A stretch of DNA of 64,000 nucleotides, taken from assembly GCA_963849765.1 (NCBI GenBank), contig CAWKIP010000013.1:42752-106751 (forward strand), in the 5' to 3' direction. The stretch is from an uncultured Actinomycetota bacterium (GTDB lineage Bacteria; Actinomycetota; Actinomycetes; Propionibacteriales; Nocardioidaceae). Of this stretch, positions 24,870 through 35,234 are shown in pieces (the stretch's first letter is position 1; the number at the start of each line of letters is the position of its first letter). A model generated the notes under the pieces. The model saw nothing but the letters and a program-made list of their open reading frames with translations. It was not told where the DNA came from and did no database searches. The position numbers were made by a program, and so were the translations under genes.

Positions 24870-24891
24870 AGCGTAGGACTGGTCGCCGACA
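24870..24891 (-). promoter_or_regulatory. PafBC-type promoter of the TfoX_N gene
   Basis: Exact TGTCGG-N10-TACGCT, then 6 nt to ATG (leaderless). Confidence 0.7.
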
Positions 24892-24930
24892 GTGGCTCAC
24901 AATGGAGCCCCGACCGGAACCCGAGGCGCC

Positions 24931-25578
24931 ATGAACCGTCGCTCAGCCTGGATCGCGGCCGCGACGGCCGCGGTCGTGCTGGTGGCGTGCGGTCTCGCCT
25001 GGTGGTTGCAACGCTTCGACGACCGCGATCCGCGGACGGACGCCGCCCCGGCGGCGGTGGCGTCGACCGCGACCGGGTCGGCACCGACCATGGAGGCCGA
25101 GCAGGGTCCGTGCGACCGGGCCGCGCCCAAGCCGTTCACGCCCCACCGGATCGCGATCGCGGGCGTCGTCGAACGTGCCGAGGTGGTCGGGGTCGCCCGC
25201 GACAGTCAGGGCGTGGCCGGGGTCCTGCCGATCAGCAACAAGCTCGACTTCGCATGGGACGTCGGCGGGATCCGGCCCGGCGACCGGCGGGGCAACGTGC
25301 TGCTCAACACCCACACCTGGCCGGACGGGTCGGCGCTCGGCAACGCGCTGCTCGACCGGCTTCACAAGGGTGGCCGGATCGTGCTGCAGGGCAGCAACGG
25401 CGCCCGCCTCTGCTACCAGGTCAGCCGGCGGGTCGAGGTGGTCGCGAGCGAGGGCTACCCGCCGTACTACCGGGACGACGGCCCGCCCCAGGTCGCGATC
25501 ATCGTGTGCTCCGGAACCCGCAGCGGTGCGGGGGACTGGAGCCACCGCACCATCTGGTTCGCGCGACCGCTGACCTGA
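24931..25578 (+). CDS. Class F sortase
   Basis: N-terminal TM; PG..GNVLLNTHT, IIVCSG and HRTIWFA give the His/Cys/Arg triad. Confidence 0.8.
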   Translation: MNRRSAWIAAATAAVVLVACGLAWWLQRFDDRDPRTDAAPAAVASTATGSAPTMEAEQGPCDRAAPKPFTPHRIAIAGVVERAEVVGVARDSQGVAGVLPISNKLDFAWDVGGIRPGDRRGNVLLNTHTWPDGSALGNALLDRLHKGGRIVLQGSNGARLCYQVSRRVEVVASEGYPPYYRDDGPPQVAIIVCSGTRSGAGDWSHRTIWFARPLT

Positions 25579-25597
25579 CGTGGGGCACGATGGAGCC

Positions 25598-26001
25598 ATG
25601 ACCAGCGAGCTGACGCCGTACCTCTGCGTGCCGGACGCCCGAGCCGCGATCGAGTGGTACGTCGACGTCCTCGGCGCGGAGGTCGTCTACGAGCCGATCG
25701 TGATGCCGGACGGGAAGGTCGGGCACGTCGAGCTCGCCATCGACGGGGCGCGGTGGATGATGGCCGACCCCTATCCCGACTGGGAGTCGAGCCGCCGCTG
25801 GCGGATCGCGGGTCGGCGGTGTCCCTGCACGTCACCGTGCCGGACGTCGACCGGCTGTGTGCGGCCGTGACCGCGGCCGGCACCGTCCTCGACCGCGGGC
25901 CGGAGGACAGCCCGCCGGCCGGCCGGGTCGCGGTGTTCCGCGACCCGTTCGGGCATCGCTGGTTCCTCAACCAGCCGGTGCCCGGCATCACTCAGCCCTG
26001 A
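25598..26001 (+). CDS. VOC (PhnB-like) protein, frameshifted
   Basis: LTPYLCVPDARAAIEWY, GKVGHVEL, RDPFGHRWFL. Confidence 0.85.
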
Positions 26002-26570
26002 GGCGTCCACTCCGGGTCGCGCCCGATGAAGCCGAGCATCTTGGTCTGCCAGTCGGCGTCGTCGGGCACGGGGACCTTGGCGCCGTACTGCCCGCTCTGG
26101 CGCAGCACCTCGTCCATCGGCTCCATGCCCTCGAACAGCTGCCGGCACTGCTCCTCGTCGAGCCGGTCGTCCTGTCCGGTCGCCCGGGCGAGGTCCCAGG
26201 TGTGCATGAAGACGTCGTTCGTGTAGAACCGCGAGATCGCCTGGGGGAGCGGCATCTCGGGCAGGTGCGGATGGGCGAAGGTGACGTCGGCGGAGGCCGG
26301 GTCGTCGAGGACCTCCTGCACGGCGGCGGCGTGGTGCTCCCACGCGGCGGCAGGATCGTCGTCGACCGACGGTCCCGGCGTCAGCTTGATGTCGGAGCCA
26401 CCGGCGAGGAACCCCGGGAACCACTCCACGAGGTGGCGTACGACGTCGCGGGCCCGCCAGTCCGCCACCGGGCTCTGCGCGTCCCACCCGTCGCCGGTGA
26501 CGCCGCGCGCCCGGTCGGAGAAGGTCCCCGCGATGGTGCGGTGCTCCTCGGCGGGCTCGGAGGGGATCAT
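25992..26570 (-). CDS. TIGR03086/maleylpyruvate isomerase-like metal-binding protein
   Basis: WDAQSPVADWRARDVVRHLV, DVFMHTWDLARATG, LGFIGR. Confidence 0.85.
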   Translation of the reverse strand: MIPSEPAEEHRTIAGTFSDRARGVTGDGWDAQSPVADWRARDVVRHLVEWFPGFLAGGSDIKLTPGPSVDDDPAAAWEHHAAAVQEVLDDPASADVTFAHPHLPEMPLPQAISRFYTNDVFMHTWDLARATGQDDRLDEEQCRQLFEGMEPMDEVLRQSGQYGAKVPVPDDADWQTKMLGFIGRDPEWTPQG

Positions 26571-27062
26571 GCGTCCATCCCGGCGAGCAGGGCGTCGAGG
26601 GCGGCGTAGCCCTCGTTGATGCCGACCTCCATGCCGCTGGCCATCATCCCGGCCTGGGCCTCCATCGACTCCACCACCGACGTGATCTCGAGCCGGGTGC
26701 GGCCGTTGCCGAGGTCGATGGAGGACAGGGTCTCGAGGCGACCGCCTCGGGCATCTCGTCGAAGCCGAACGTCTGCATGATCTTCTCGTTCTCCCACACC
26801 CGGTGCACCGAGCCGTAGAAGTGGGCGATCTCCTCGCCGTCCCGGAGCGCGGTGTAGCGGTACTCGCCGCCGGTGCGCATGTCCCAGGTCGTCGATGTCC
26901 ATGTCGATCGACCGCGGGCCCATCCACTGCTTGACGAGCTCGGGGTCGACGTGCGCGCGGTAGACGAGCTCCGGCGGGAGCGTCGAACTCGCGGAAGATC
27001 CGCACCACGGGGATCTCGGGGTCGGCCTCGATGACGGCCTCGGGCTGGGTCTGGGTGTTCAT
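26567..27062 (-). CDS. SRPBCC/AHSA1 domain protein, frameshifted
   Basis: REFDAP, WMGPR, GGEYRY, GMEVGINEGYAALDALL. Confidence 0.82.
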
Positions 27063-27439
27063 CCTGCTGCTCCTTCGTTGGGTTGGGTGTCGGTGCTGTG
27101 CTTGCTCGCCCGGCCCTGGAGCCGGTCGAGGAGCGCGTCGAGTCGTTGGTAGCGCTCCTCCGCCTGCTGGCGGTACCGCTCGATCCATTTCGTCATCAGG
27201 TCGAAGACCTCCGCGTCCAGGTGCACCGGGCGGCGCTGGGCGTCCCGGCTTCGGCTCACCAGGCCGGCCTCCTCCAGCACCTGGATGTGCTTGGAGACCG
27301 CCTGCAGCGAGACGTCGTACGGCGCCGCCAGCTCGCTCACCGTCGCGTCCCCGGCCGCGAGCCGGGCGACCATGTCGCGGCGGGTCGGGTCGGCGAGCGC
27401 GGAGAAGACCCGTGACAGCCGGTCCTCGTGTTCAACCAT
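27059..27439 (-). CDS. ArsR/SmtB-family regulator
   Basis: FSALADPTRR, SLQAVSKHIQVLEEAGLV. Confidence 0.9.
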   Translation of the reverse strand: MVEHEDRLSRVFSALADPTRRDMVARLAAGDATVSELAAPYDVSLQAVSKHIQVLEEAGLVSRSRDAQRRPVHLDAEVFDLMTKWIERYRQQAEERYQRLDALLDRLQGRASKHSTDTQPNEGAAG

Positions 27440-27488
27440 GCGGTTGAGTACAGCACTCGACGGAGATCGTTGTCAACCGTCCGGTTGA
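27432..27488. promoter_or_regulatory. Tandem palindromic ArsR operators
   Basis: TCAACC-N4-GGTTGA at 27432-27447 (over the start codon) and 27473-27488. Confidence 0.75.
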
Positions 27489-28886
27489 ATATCCCGCGAA
27501 TCCGGAGACATCCGAACCGAGACCGCCGGTTTCGGCTCGGCTCTCTCCGGATTCGCGGAGAGGGCGTCCGAGATGGCTGCCAGGACCCGGTCGAGCTCTG
27601 CGTCGGTGACCCCGCCGAACCCGACCACGAGCCCGCTCAGCCGGGCGGACCGGCAGTAGTTGGAGATGGGCGCGACCTCGAAGCCGGCGTCGCGCGCGGC
27701 CGCCACGGCGAGGCGTACGGCGGGGGCGGGCAGCAACCAGGTCGAGTACATGCCGGCTGCGGGGCCGGCCGGTCTCGCGTGCGGCGCGAGGGCTTCGGCG
27801 ACCCGAGGGGCGCGGTCGGCGTACACCCGGCGCGCGGTGCGCACCACCTTGTCGACCCAGCCCTCACGCAGCAGGGCGAGCAGCGCCCGCTGGGCCGGCC
27901 AGGACGGCATGTCGTAGGTGTGCTCGCGATGCTCGAGGAGGGCGCGTGAGCAGACCCGGTGGCGGCACCATCCACCCGACCCGCAGGCCGGGCCCGACCG
28001 ACTTGGAGGCGGTGCCGAGGTAGGCGACGCGGGTCCGGTCGAGGGAGGCGAGTGCAGGGATCGGCGCGACGTCGTACCGGAACTCGGAGTCGTAGTCGTC
28101 CTCCACGATGAACGCGTCGTGCTCGTGCGCCGCGGCGAGGAGCGCCAGCCGGTCGGCCGCAGGCATGACGTAGCCGAGCGGGTGCTGGTGCGCCGGGGTG
28201 ACGTAGGCGGCCGCCAGGCGGGCCATCGGGATCTGTCCGGTCGGCCGCAGGTCGACGACCTCGCGGCCGGCGACGCGGACACACTCGACCGCCGCCCGGT
28301 AGCCGGGGTCGTCCACGCCGATCGGCCCGGCCGGCAGGTGGGGGAGCAGCTGCCGGAGGCCGTCGGTCGTGCCGGAGGTGAGCAGCACCTCGTCGGGGTC
28401 GACGACCAGCCCGCGGGTCCGGGCCAGCCGCTCGGCGATCGCGACCCGGAGCTCGGGGATGCCGCGCGAGTCGGGGTAGCCCGCCGGCGGCGTCGCGACC
28501 GACACCTCGCGCCAGGCCCGCCGCCAGCCGGCGGCGTGCCGGGGGTCGATCCAGGGCGAGCCGAGGTCGAGGCTGATCAGGTCCTGGGTGGCGGGACGCT
28601 GGAGCCGCGGCCGGGCCGCCGCCTGGGGAGCGCCGCCGGAGGCCACGAAAGTGCCGGCACCCTGCCGGGCGGTGAGCCAGCCCTCCGCGAGCAGCTGGTC
28701 GTAGGCCTGCTCGGTGACCGAACGGGCCACCCCGAGCTCGGTGGCGAGCGCGCGGGTGCTCGGCAGCCGGTCGCCGGGCGCGAGCGTGCCGGCGACGACG
28801 AGGTCGCGGACCTGGGTCGAGAGCTGTACGCCGAGGGGCTCGGGCCGGTCGCGATCGAGCCGCACGGGGAGGGTCCTGGTCATCAT
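27473..28886 (-). CDS. MocR/PdxR-family GntR regulator with PLP domain (frameshift near 27950)
   Basis: wHTH (LPSTRALA..VARS..YDQLLAEG), TPAHQHP, EDDYDSEFRY, GTASK. Confidence 0.9.
27496..27559. repeat. REP-like hairpin related to the 7240 family
   Basis: CCGCGAATCCGGAGA ... TCTCCGGATTCGCGG inverted arms. Confidence 0.65.
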
Positions 28887-28981
28887 GGCCTGCTTCGGCT
28901 CGGCGCTTCGGGCGCGTCGCGGCGGCGAGCTCGAGTCCCGGGGCGAGCGACTCTGTCCTGGCAAAGAGCCGTTGCGAAAAG

Positions 28982-29001
28982 TGGCCCGTGACTACGGGCC
29001 A
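28982..29001. promoter_or_regulatory. Putative MocR operator
   Basis: TGGCCCGT-gact-ACGGGCCA palindrome in the divergent intergenic region. Confidence 0.55.
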
Positions 29002-29022
29002 ATAGTTCGACAGGCTAGTCCC

Positions 29023-29703
29023 ATGTCGACGCTCTCGCCCACCATCAGGACCACCGCGACCCGGGAGACGCACCGCGCCGTCGCCGAGCGCGGCCGGATG
29101 CTGGCGCTGCTCGGCGACGCCCTGATCGCCCACTTCGGAGCCGTGGTGACCCGCGACGGCGTGACCCACCCGGTCGTGCTGCCGATGGCGTTCGCGGTCG
29201 ACCCGGACGGCCCCGACGCCGACGGCACCCTCTACCTGCACGGCTCGACCGGCGCCGGCTGGCTGCGCCCCGCGCTCGCCACCGACGTGTGCGTGACCAT
29301 CACCGAGCTCGACGGCCTGGTCGCGGCGCGGAGCGGGATGGAGCACTCCATGAACTACCGGTGCGCGGTGATCATCGGTCGGGCCCGGGCCGTCGACGAT
29401 CCTGCCGAGCGGGCTCGGGCGCTCGACCTGATCGTCGACCACATGATCCCGGGACGGGCCGCCACGCTGCGGGCGCCGACGCGCAAGGAGCTGGCCGCGA
29501 CCGCCGTACTCGCCCTCCCGCTGCGGGAGGCGTCGATGAAGGAGCGCGCCGGCGGTCCCGACGACGAGGACGACGACATCGCTGCGGGCGTCTGGGGCGG
29601 CCACATCCCGCTGCGGCGGGTCGCGCTGCCGCCGGTCAGCTCGCCCGACTCGCACACTCACGTCCCGGCCGACGTGCGGCTGCGCGCGGAGGCGCTGGCG
29701 TGA
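29023..29703 (+). CDS. Pyridoxamine 5'-phosphate oxidase-like FMN-binding protein
   Basis: LYLHGSTG, VCVTITELDGLVAARS..HSMNYR, KERAGGP..D, WGG motifs. Confidence 0.88.
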   Translation: MSTLSPTIRTTATRETHRAVAERGRMLALLGDALIAHFGAVVTRDGVTHPVVLPMAFAVDPDGPDADGTLYLHGSTGAGWLRPALATDVCVTITELDGLVAARSGMEHSMNYRCAVIIGRARAVDDPAERARALDLIVDHMIPGRAATLRAPTRKELAATAVLALPLREASMKERAGGPDDEDDDIAAGVWGGHIPLRRVALPPVSSPDSHTHVPADVRLRAEALA

Positions 29704-31109
29704 GTGCCGACCCCAAAGGTGGGTCGCTCTCGGTCATCCAGGGCACTGCGCTGACGCTCGCCGCGGTGCTCGGCGTCGGTGTGGTGACGCTCCCGGCGCT
29801 CGCCGTCGAGGCCGCGGGACCCGCGTCGATGGTGGCGTGGGCGGCGCTGATCGCGGTCTCGGTGCCGCTGGCGGCGACGTTCGCGGCGCTCGGTGCGCGC
29901 CACCCGGACGGCGGGGGCGTGGCGACGTACGCACGGCTCGCTTTCGGCACCGGGTCCCGACGATGGTCGGGTGGGCGTTCTTCCTCGCGATCCCGATCGG
30001 CGCGCCCGTGGCGGCGGGGTTCGGGGCGTCGTACGTCGCGGACGCGGCGGGTGGTGGGCGGACGACGGAGATCGGCGTGACCGGCGGCGATCATCGTCGT
30101 GGTCACCATCATGAACTGGCTCGGGCATCCAGGTCTCGGCCGGCGTCCAGCTCGGCATCGCAGTCGTCATCGCGACCCTCCTGCTCGTCGTCATCCTGGC
30201 GTCGCTGCCGCGGGTCGACACCGACAACCTGACGCCGTTCCTGACCCACGGCTGGTCGGGCGTCGGCGTCGGCTGCCGCGCTGCTGGTGTGGGCGTTCGC
30301 CGGGTTGGGAGATCGTGAGCTCCCTGTCGGCGGAGTACCGCCACCCGGAGCGCGACATCGTCCGCGCCACCGGGATCACCCTGGGTCGTGGTGACCGTGC
30401 TCTACCTCGGCATCGCGTTCGTGACCGTCGCCGTGCTCGGCACCGGCGGCGGCCGGGCGCCGCTGGCCGACCTGCTGGCCGGCGCGTTCGGCGACTGGGC
30501 GCGGCCGCTGACGACGATCATCGCGGTGCTGCTCACCATCGGCGCCATCAACTCCTACTTCGCCGGCGCGTCCCGGCTGGGCGCCTCGCTCGCGATCAGC
30601 GGCGCGATGCCGCGCTGGCTGGGTTCCGACATCGGCGACGGCCGGGCGACGCCGCGGCACGCCCTGCTCGGTCGTCGCCGGGCTGGGCCTGGCGGTGCTC
30701 GTCGGCGTGGCCGTGCTCGACCAGCCGACCGACGCCACTCTGCTCTTCACGACGGGGCACGTTCGCGCTGGTCTACGTGGTCGGTACGGCGGCCGCCGTA
30801 CGACTGCTGCCCGGAGGCTGGCCGCGCGCTGCGGCGGTCGTGTCGTTCATCGCGTCCGTGGGCCTGGTCGTCCTGACCGGGCTGCCGGTGGTGCTCCCGA
30901 TCGCGATCGGGCTGGCCGGGCTGTGCTGGACGCTGTTCAGCGCTCGCGGTCGAAGCGTCGCCGAGGTCGCCCTCGTCGGTCGCCGATACGAGCGCGAATC
31001 GCGCCAGATCCCCACCGAGTCCGGCGGTCTCGGCGTGGATCTGGGCGGACTCGGCGGTCAGCCCCGCACCATCGGCGGTTGTACGACGGTCGCCGGGCCA
31101 CGTCGGTAG
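29700..31109 (+). CDS. APC-family amino acid permease/exporter (YjeH-like), multiple frameshifts; end uncertain
   Basis: [42 protein letters not shown]; many TM segments. Confidence 0.82.
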
Positions 31110-31798
31110 AGCAGCGCCCGGCGCCCACCCGCGCCGGTGGGGGAGCCGTGGGCGTCGGTGGGGATCACGAACCCGTCGGTGCCGAGCACCTTGCGTCGGA
31201 AGTTGCCGAGGTCGGGCGGGGTGCCCCACACGGCGGTGTAGACGCGGCGCAGCTCGGGGAGGGTGAACGGCTCGGCGACGAACTCGGTGGCGAGGGTCGT
31301 GTACTCGAGCTTGGCCCGCACCCGCTCCCGGGCGTCGATCAGGATCTGCCGGTGGTCGAAGGCCAGCTCCGGCGCCTCCTCGGCCGCCGCCCCGGTCGGC
31401 GAGAGCAGGTCGTCGACGACCCACCAGCGCGCGTCGGCGGCGTCGGTGCCGGCAGTCGGGTTCGGGGAGGTCGGGCGCGAGCGCGACGTGCGCGACGGAG
31501 ACGACGCGCATCCGCGGGTCCCGGTCGGGGGCGGAGTAGGTGCGGAGCTGCTCGAGATGGCCCGAGAACTTCGCCGACGACTTCAGCCGGTCTCCTCGTG
31601 CAGCTCACGCCAGGCCGCCTGCTCGGCGTCCTCGTCCGGCTCGACGAAGCCGCCGGGCAGGGCCCACTGCCCGGCGTACGGCTCCTCGCCGCGCTCGACC
31701 AGGAGCACCGACAGCGCGCCGTCGCGGATGGTGAAGATCGCGAGGTCGACGGCGACCGCGAACGGCGGGTGCTCGCTCGTGAGGTCATACGAGGACAC
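31058..31798 (-). CDS. nrtR: NrtR-type NUDIX-wHTH regulator, frameshifted
   Basis: [48 protein letters not shown]. Confidence 0.88.
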
Positions 31799-32378
31799 CC
31801 GCCTCCGCCATCTCCGCGACCGCCGCCGCGCTCGTCTCGGGCGCGACGCCGGCGTGCAGGCCGTCGAGCACGCGTACGGCGAAGCCCTCCCGCCGCGCGT
31901 CGAGCGCGGTCGCCCGCACGCAGTAGTCGGTCGCGATCCCGGTGATCTCGACGTCGGTCACGCCGGCGGTCCGCAGCACGTCGGCGAGCGTCGCGCCGTC
32001 GTCGGTGACGCCCTCGAACGCCGAGTACGCCGGCACGCCCTGGCCCTTCTGGAGGTGATGGGTGATCGCGTCGGTCACCAGCTCGGGTGCGTAGTCCGAG
32101 CCCGGCCCGTCCGACACGCAGTGGACCGGCCAGGTCGTGTCGTAGTCCGGCTCCTCGCCGGGCGCCGCGAAGTGGCCGCTGTTGGTGCCGTGGCCGTGGT
32201 GCCAGTCGCGGGACGCGGCGATCACCGCGTAGTCGTCCGCGTGCGCCGCGAGGTGCTCGCTGATCCGGGTCGCGACGTCACGGCCGCCGGTGACGCCGAG
32301 GGAGCCGCCCTCGACGAAGTCGTTCTGCACGTCGACCACGATCAGGGCCTTGGTCGGCCCAGCATCGGAAATGCTCAT
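31785..32378 (-). CDS. pncA: Nicotinamidase
   Basis: [26 protein letters not shown]. Confidence 0.93.
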   Translation of the reverse strand: MSISDAGPTKALIVVDVQNDFVEGGSLGVTGGRDVATRISEHLAAHADDYAVIAASRDWHHGHGTNSGHFAAPGEEPDYDTTWPVHCVSDGPGSDYAPELVTDAITHHLQKGQGVPAYSAFEGVTDDGATLADVLRTAGVTDVEITGIATDYCVRATALDARREGFAVRVLDGLHAGVAPETSAAAVAEMAEAGVLV

Positions 32379-33685
32379 GTCTTCTCCTCCTCGATGAGCG
32401 TGACGGTGAGGTACGGCGCGCCGGCGGCGACCGAGAGTGCCTCGGTCGGCAGGGTCGCCAGCGCTCCTGCGGTGAAGGTCCGGATGTCGTCGGTGCCGGG
32501 TGCGTGGACGGTGGAGCCGCGCCGCATCACCGGGACCTGCACCCGGTGCGGGCGTCGGTGGGTGCGACGAGGGTCGCCGGGCACGGTGAAGCGCTCGCGC
32601 ACGAGCAGGCCGGCGTCGTCGTACTCACGCCAGGCGGTCTTGTGGCCGCCGACCGACACCTTGTCCTTCGACTTCTTCGAGACCGCCCGGAGCGGTCCGC
32701 CGGCCGCGTCGCTGACCGCGACCAGCTTGTAGACCATGCTCGCGGTGGGATGTCCCGATCCGGTGGCGACGCGGGTGCCGACGCCGTACCCGTCGATCGG
32801 CGCATCCGCGAGCGCGGTGATCACGAACTCGTCGAGGTCGCTGGTCGCGACGATCCGGGTGTTCGTCGCGCCGAGCTCGTCGAGCAGCGCCCGCGCCTTC
32901 GTCGCCTCGTCGGCGAGGTCGCCCGAGTCGATCCGCACCGCGCCGAGGGCAGGCCCGGCGACCCGGACCGCGGTGCGGATGCCCTCGGCGATGTCGTAGG
33001 TGTCGACCAGCAGCGTCGTGCCGGGACCCTGCGCCTCGACCTGGCTGCGGAACGCCGCCTCCTCGCTCTCGTGCGCGAGCGTGAACGCGTGCGCCGCGGT
33101 GCCGACGGTCGGGATGCCGTAGCGCCGACCGGCGGCCAGGTTGCTGGTCGACGCGAAGCCGGCGAGGTAGGCGGCACGCGCGGTGGCGATCGCGGCCTGC
33201 TCGTGGGTACGACGGCCGCCCATCTCGATGATCGGCCGCCCGCCCGCGGCGGTGACCATCCGGGCCGCCGCCGACGCGATCGCGGTGTCGTGGTTGAGCA
33301 CGCTCAGGACCAGCGTCTCGAGGACGATGCCCTCGCCGAGCGTGCCGCGGACGGTCAGCACCGGGCTGCCGGGGAAGTAGAGGTCGCCCTCGGGGTAGGC
33401 GTCGATGTCGCCGCGGAACCGGAAGTCCCGGAGGTACGCCGCGCCCTCCTCGCCGACCACGCCCTGCTCCTGGAGCCAGGCGACCTCGTCGGGGTCGAAC
33501 GTGAACGACTCGATGAGGGGGAGGAGGCGCCCGAGCCCGGCGAGCACGCCGTACCTCCGGCCCTCGGGCAGTCGCCGCGCGAACACCTCGAACACCGCGC
33601 TGTGGTCCGCCGAACCGTCCCGCACCCAGGAGTCGAGCATCGTGAGCTCGTAGCGGTCGGTCAGCAGGCCGGTGCGGTCGGTCAC
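32375..33685 (-). CDS. pncB: Nicotinate phosphoribosyltransferase
   Basis: LLTDRYELTM, EMGGRR, GTAAH, LVDTYD, RIDSGD, YKLV; AAGGAG RBS before GTG 33685. Confidence 0.95.
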   Translation of the reverse strand: MTDRTGLLTDRYELTMLDSWVRDGSADHSAVFEVFARRLPEGRRYGVLAGLGRLLPLIESFTFDPDEVAWLQEQGVVGEEGAAYLRDFRFRGDIDAYPEGDLYFPGSPVLTVRGTLGEGIVLETLVLSVLNHDTAIASAAARMVTAAGGRPIIEMGGRRTHEQAAIATARAAYLAGFASTSNLAAGRRYGIPTVGTAAHAFTLAHESEEAAFRSQVEAQGPGTTLLVDTYDIAEGIRTAVRVAGPALGAVRIDSGDLADEATKARALLDELGATNTRIVATSDLDEFVITALADAPIDGYGVGTRVATGSGHPTASMVYKLVAVSDAAGGPLRAVSKKSKDKVSVGGHKTAWREYDDAGLLVRERFTVPGDPRRTHRRPHRVQVPVMRRGSTVHAPGTDDIRTFTAGALATLPTEALSVAAGAPYLTVTLIEEEKT

Positions 33686-33699
33686 GGTGACGCTCCTTG

Positions 33700-33720
33700 T
33701 TGTAGTCAATCTGACTATAA
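33700..33720. promoter_or_regulatory. NrtR operator
   Basis: 21-bp palindrome TTGTAGTCAATCTGACTATAA with the GT-N7-AC core typical of NrtR sites, directly upstream of pncB. Confidence 0.85.
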
Positions 33721-33791
33721 CACGTTGCCGCCGCTGGTCGAGGAAGTCGCGCGCAGCGAGCCTCGGACTGGGACGCCGTAGCCTGCACTCC

Positions 33792-35234
33792 GTGGACGAG
33801 CGGGAGCGGGCCGAGGCGCTCGCGACTGCTTATGAGGACCGGCTGGTCGGCGAGCTGGCCGACGACCGGCGGGCACGGGGCGCGTTCTACACCCCGCCCG
33901 ACCTCGTGGCCTGGATCCTCGACCGAGCCCTGACCGCCGGCACGACGCGGGTGCTCGACCCGGCGTGCGGTACCGGGCACTTCCTGGTCGCCGCGGCCCG
34001 TCGGGTCGGCGTGCGCGCGGTGCACGGCTCGGACCTCGATGCCGAGGCGGTCCGGATCGCCCGGCTCCGGTTGCAGGCCGAGGACCCGTCGGTCCCGGCG
34101 GACGAGATCGAGGACCGGGTGCGGGTCGCGGACGGGCTCACCGCCTGGGACGGACAGCAGTTCGACGCGGTGATCGGGAATCCGCCGTTCCTCGGCCAGC
34201 TGAAGCGACGTACGGCGGGCCAGCGCGGCGGGCTCGCCGCCTACACCGACACCAGCGCGGCCTTCCTCCACCAGGCGCTCGACCTCGTCGTGTCCGGAGG
34301 GACGGTGGCCCTGGTCCAGCCGCTCTCCGTCCTCGGGGCGCGCGACGCCGGTCCGGTGCGGGCGCGGGCGGCCGAGGCCGGCGCCGTGACCGAGCTCTGG
34401 GTGTCCGACCGCCCGGTCTTCCGCGGCACCACCGTCCTCGCCTGCGTGCCCGTCGTCCGGATCGGCGCGAGCGGCGGACCCGGCCCCGACGACTGGGGGC
34501 GGCTCGCGGCGCCCGCATTCGGCATCCCGGTCGCCGACGTGTCGCCACTCGGCGCCGGCACGCTCGGCGACATTGGCGTCGTGCACGGCCGACTTCCGCG
34601 ACCAGTACTACGGCCTGGTCCCGCACGTCCGCGACGCCGGCGGAACCGGGCACGGGGCCGCTGGTGACCAGCGGGCTGATCGAGCCCGCTGCCTGCGACT
34701 GGGGGAGGAGACCGACCCGCTTCGCGCGCCAGCGGTACGACGCGCCCGTGGTCGACGTCGCCGCGCTGCCGCCGCCGGACCCGCCTCGGCGCGTGGGCCG
34801 ATGCGCCGGCTGGTGCCGAAGGTGCTCGTCGCCGGGCAGGGCCGGGTGATCGAGGCGGTCGTCGACGAGCGCGGGGAGTGGCTCCCGTCGGTGCCGGTGC
34901 TGACCGTGGTGCCCCGCGATCCCGCCGACCTCTGGCGGGTCCTCGCCGTCCTGCTCGTCGCCGCCGGTGGTCGCCCACGCCGCCGCGCGCTACGTCGGCA
35001 CCGGCCTCACGCCCGGCTCGGTCAAGGTCAGCGCCCGGCAGCTGGCCGCGCTGCCGCTGCCGGCGGACGAGCGGCGTCGGGCGGCCGGGGCGGCGCTGGC
35101 CCGCCGGGCCCAGGGTGCCGATGACCGGACCGCCCGGCCTGCTGGCCGAGGTCGGCGCGGCCATGACGGTGGCATACGGCGCCGACGACGCGTGCCTCGA
35201 CTGGTGGCGCGCGCGGATCGGGCGCGGGGGCTAG
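33792..35234 (+). CDS. N6-adenine DNA methyltransferase with C-terminal target-recognition region (frameshifts)
   Basis: GAFYTP, VLDPACGTGHF, NPPF (gamma-type order); C-terminus with KVS..QLAALPLP. Confidence 0.82.
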
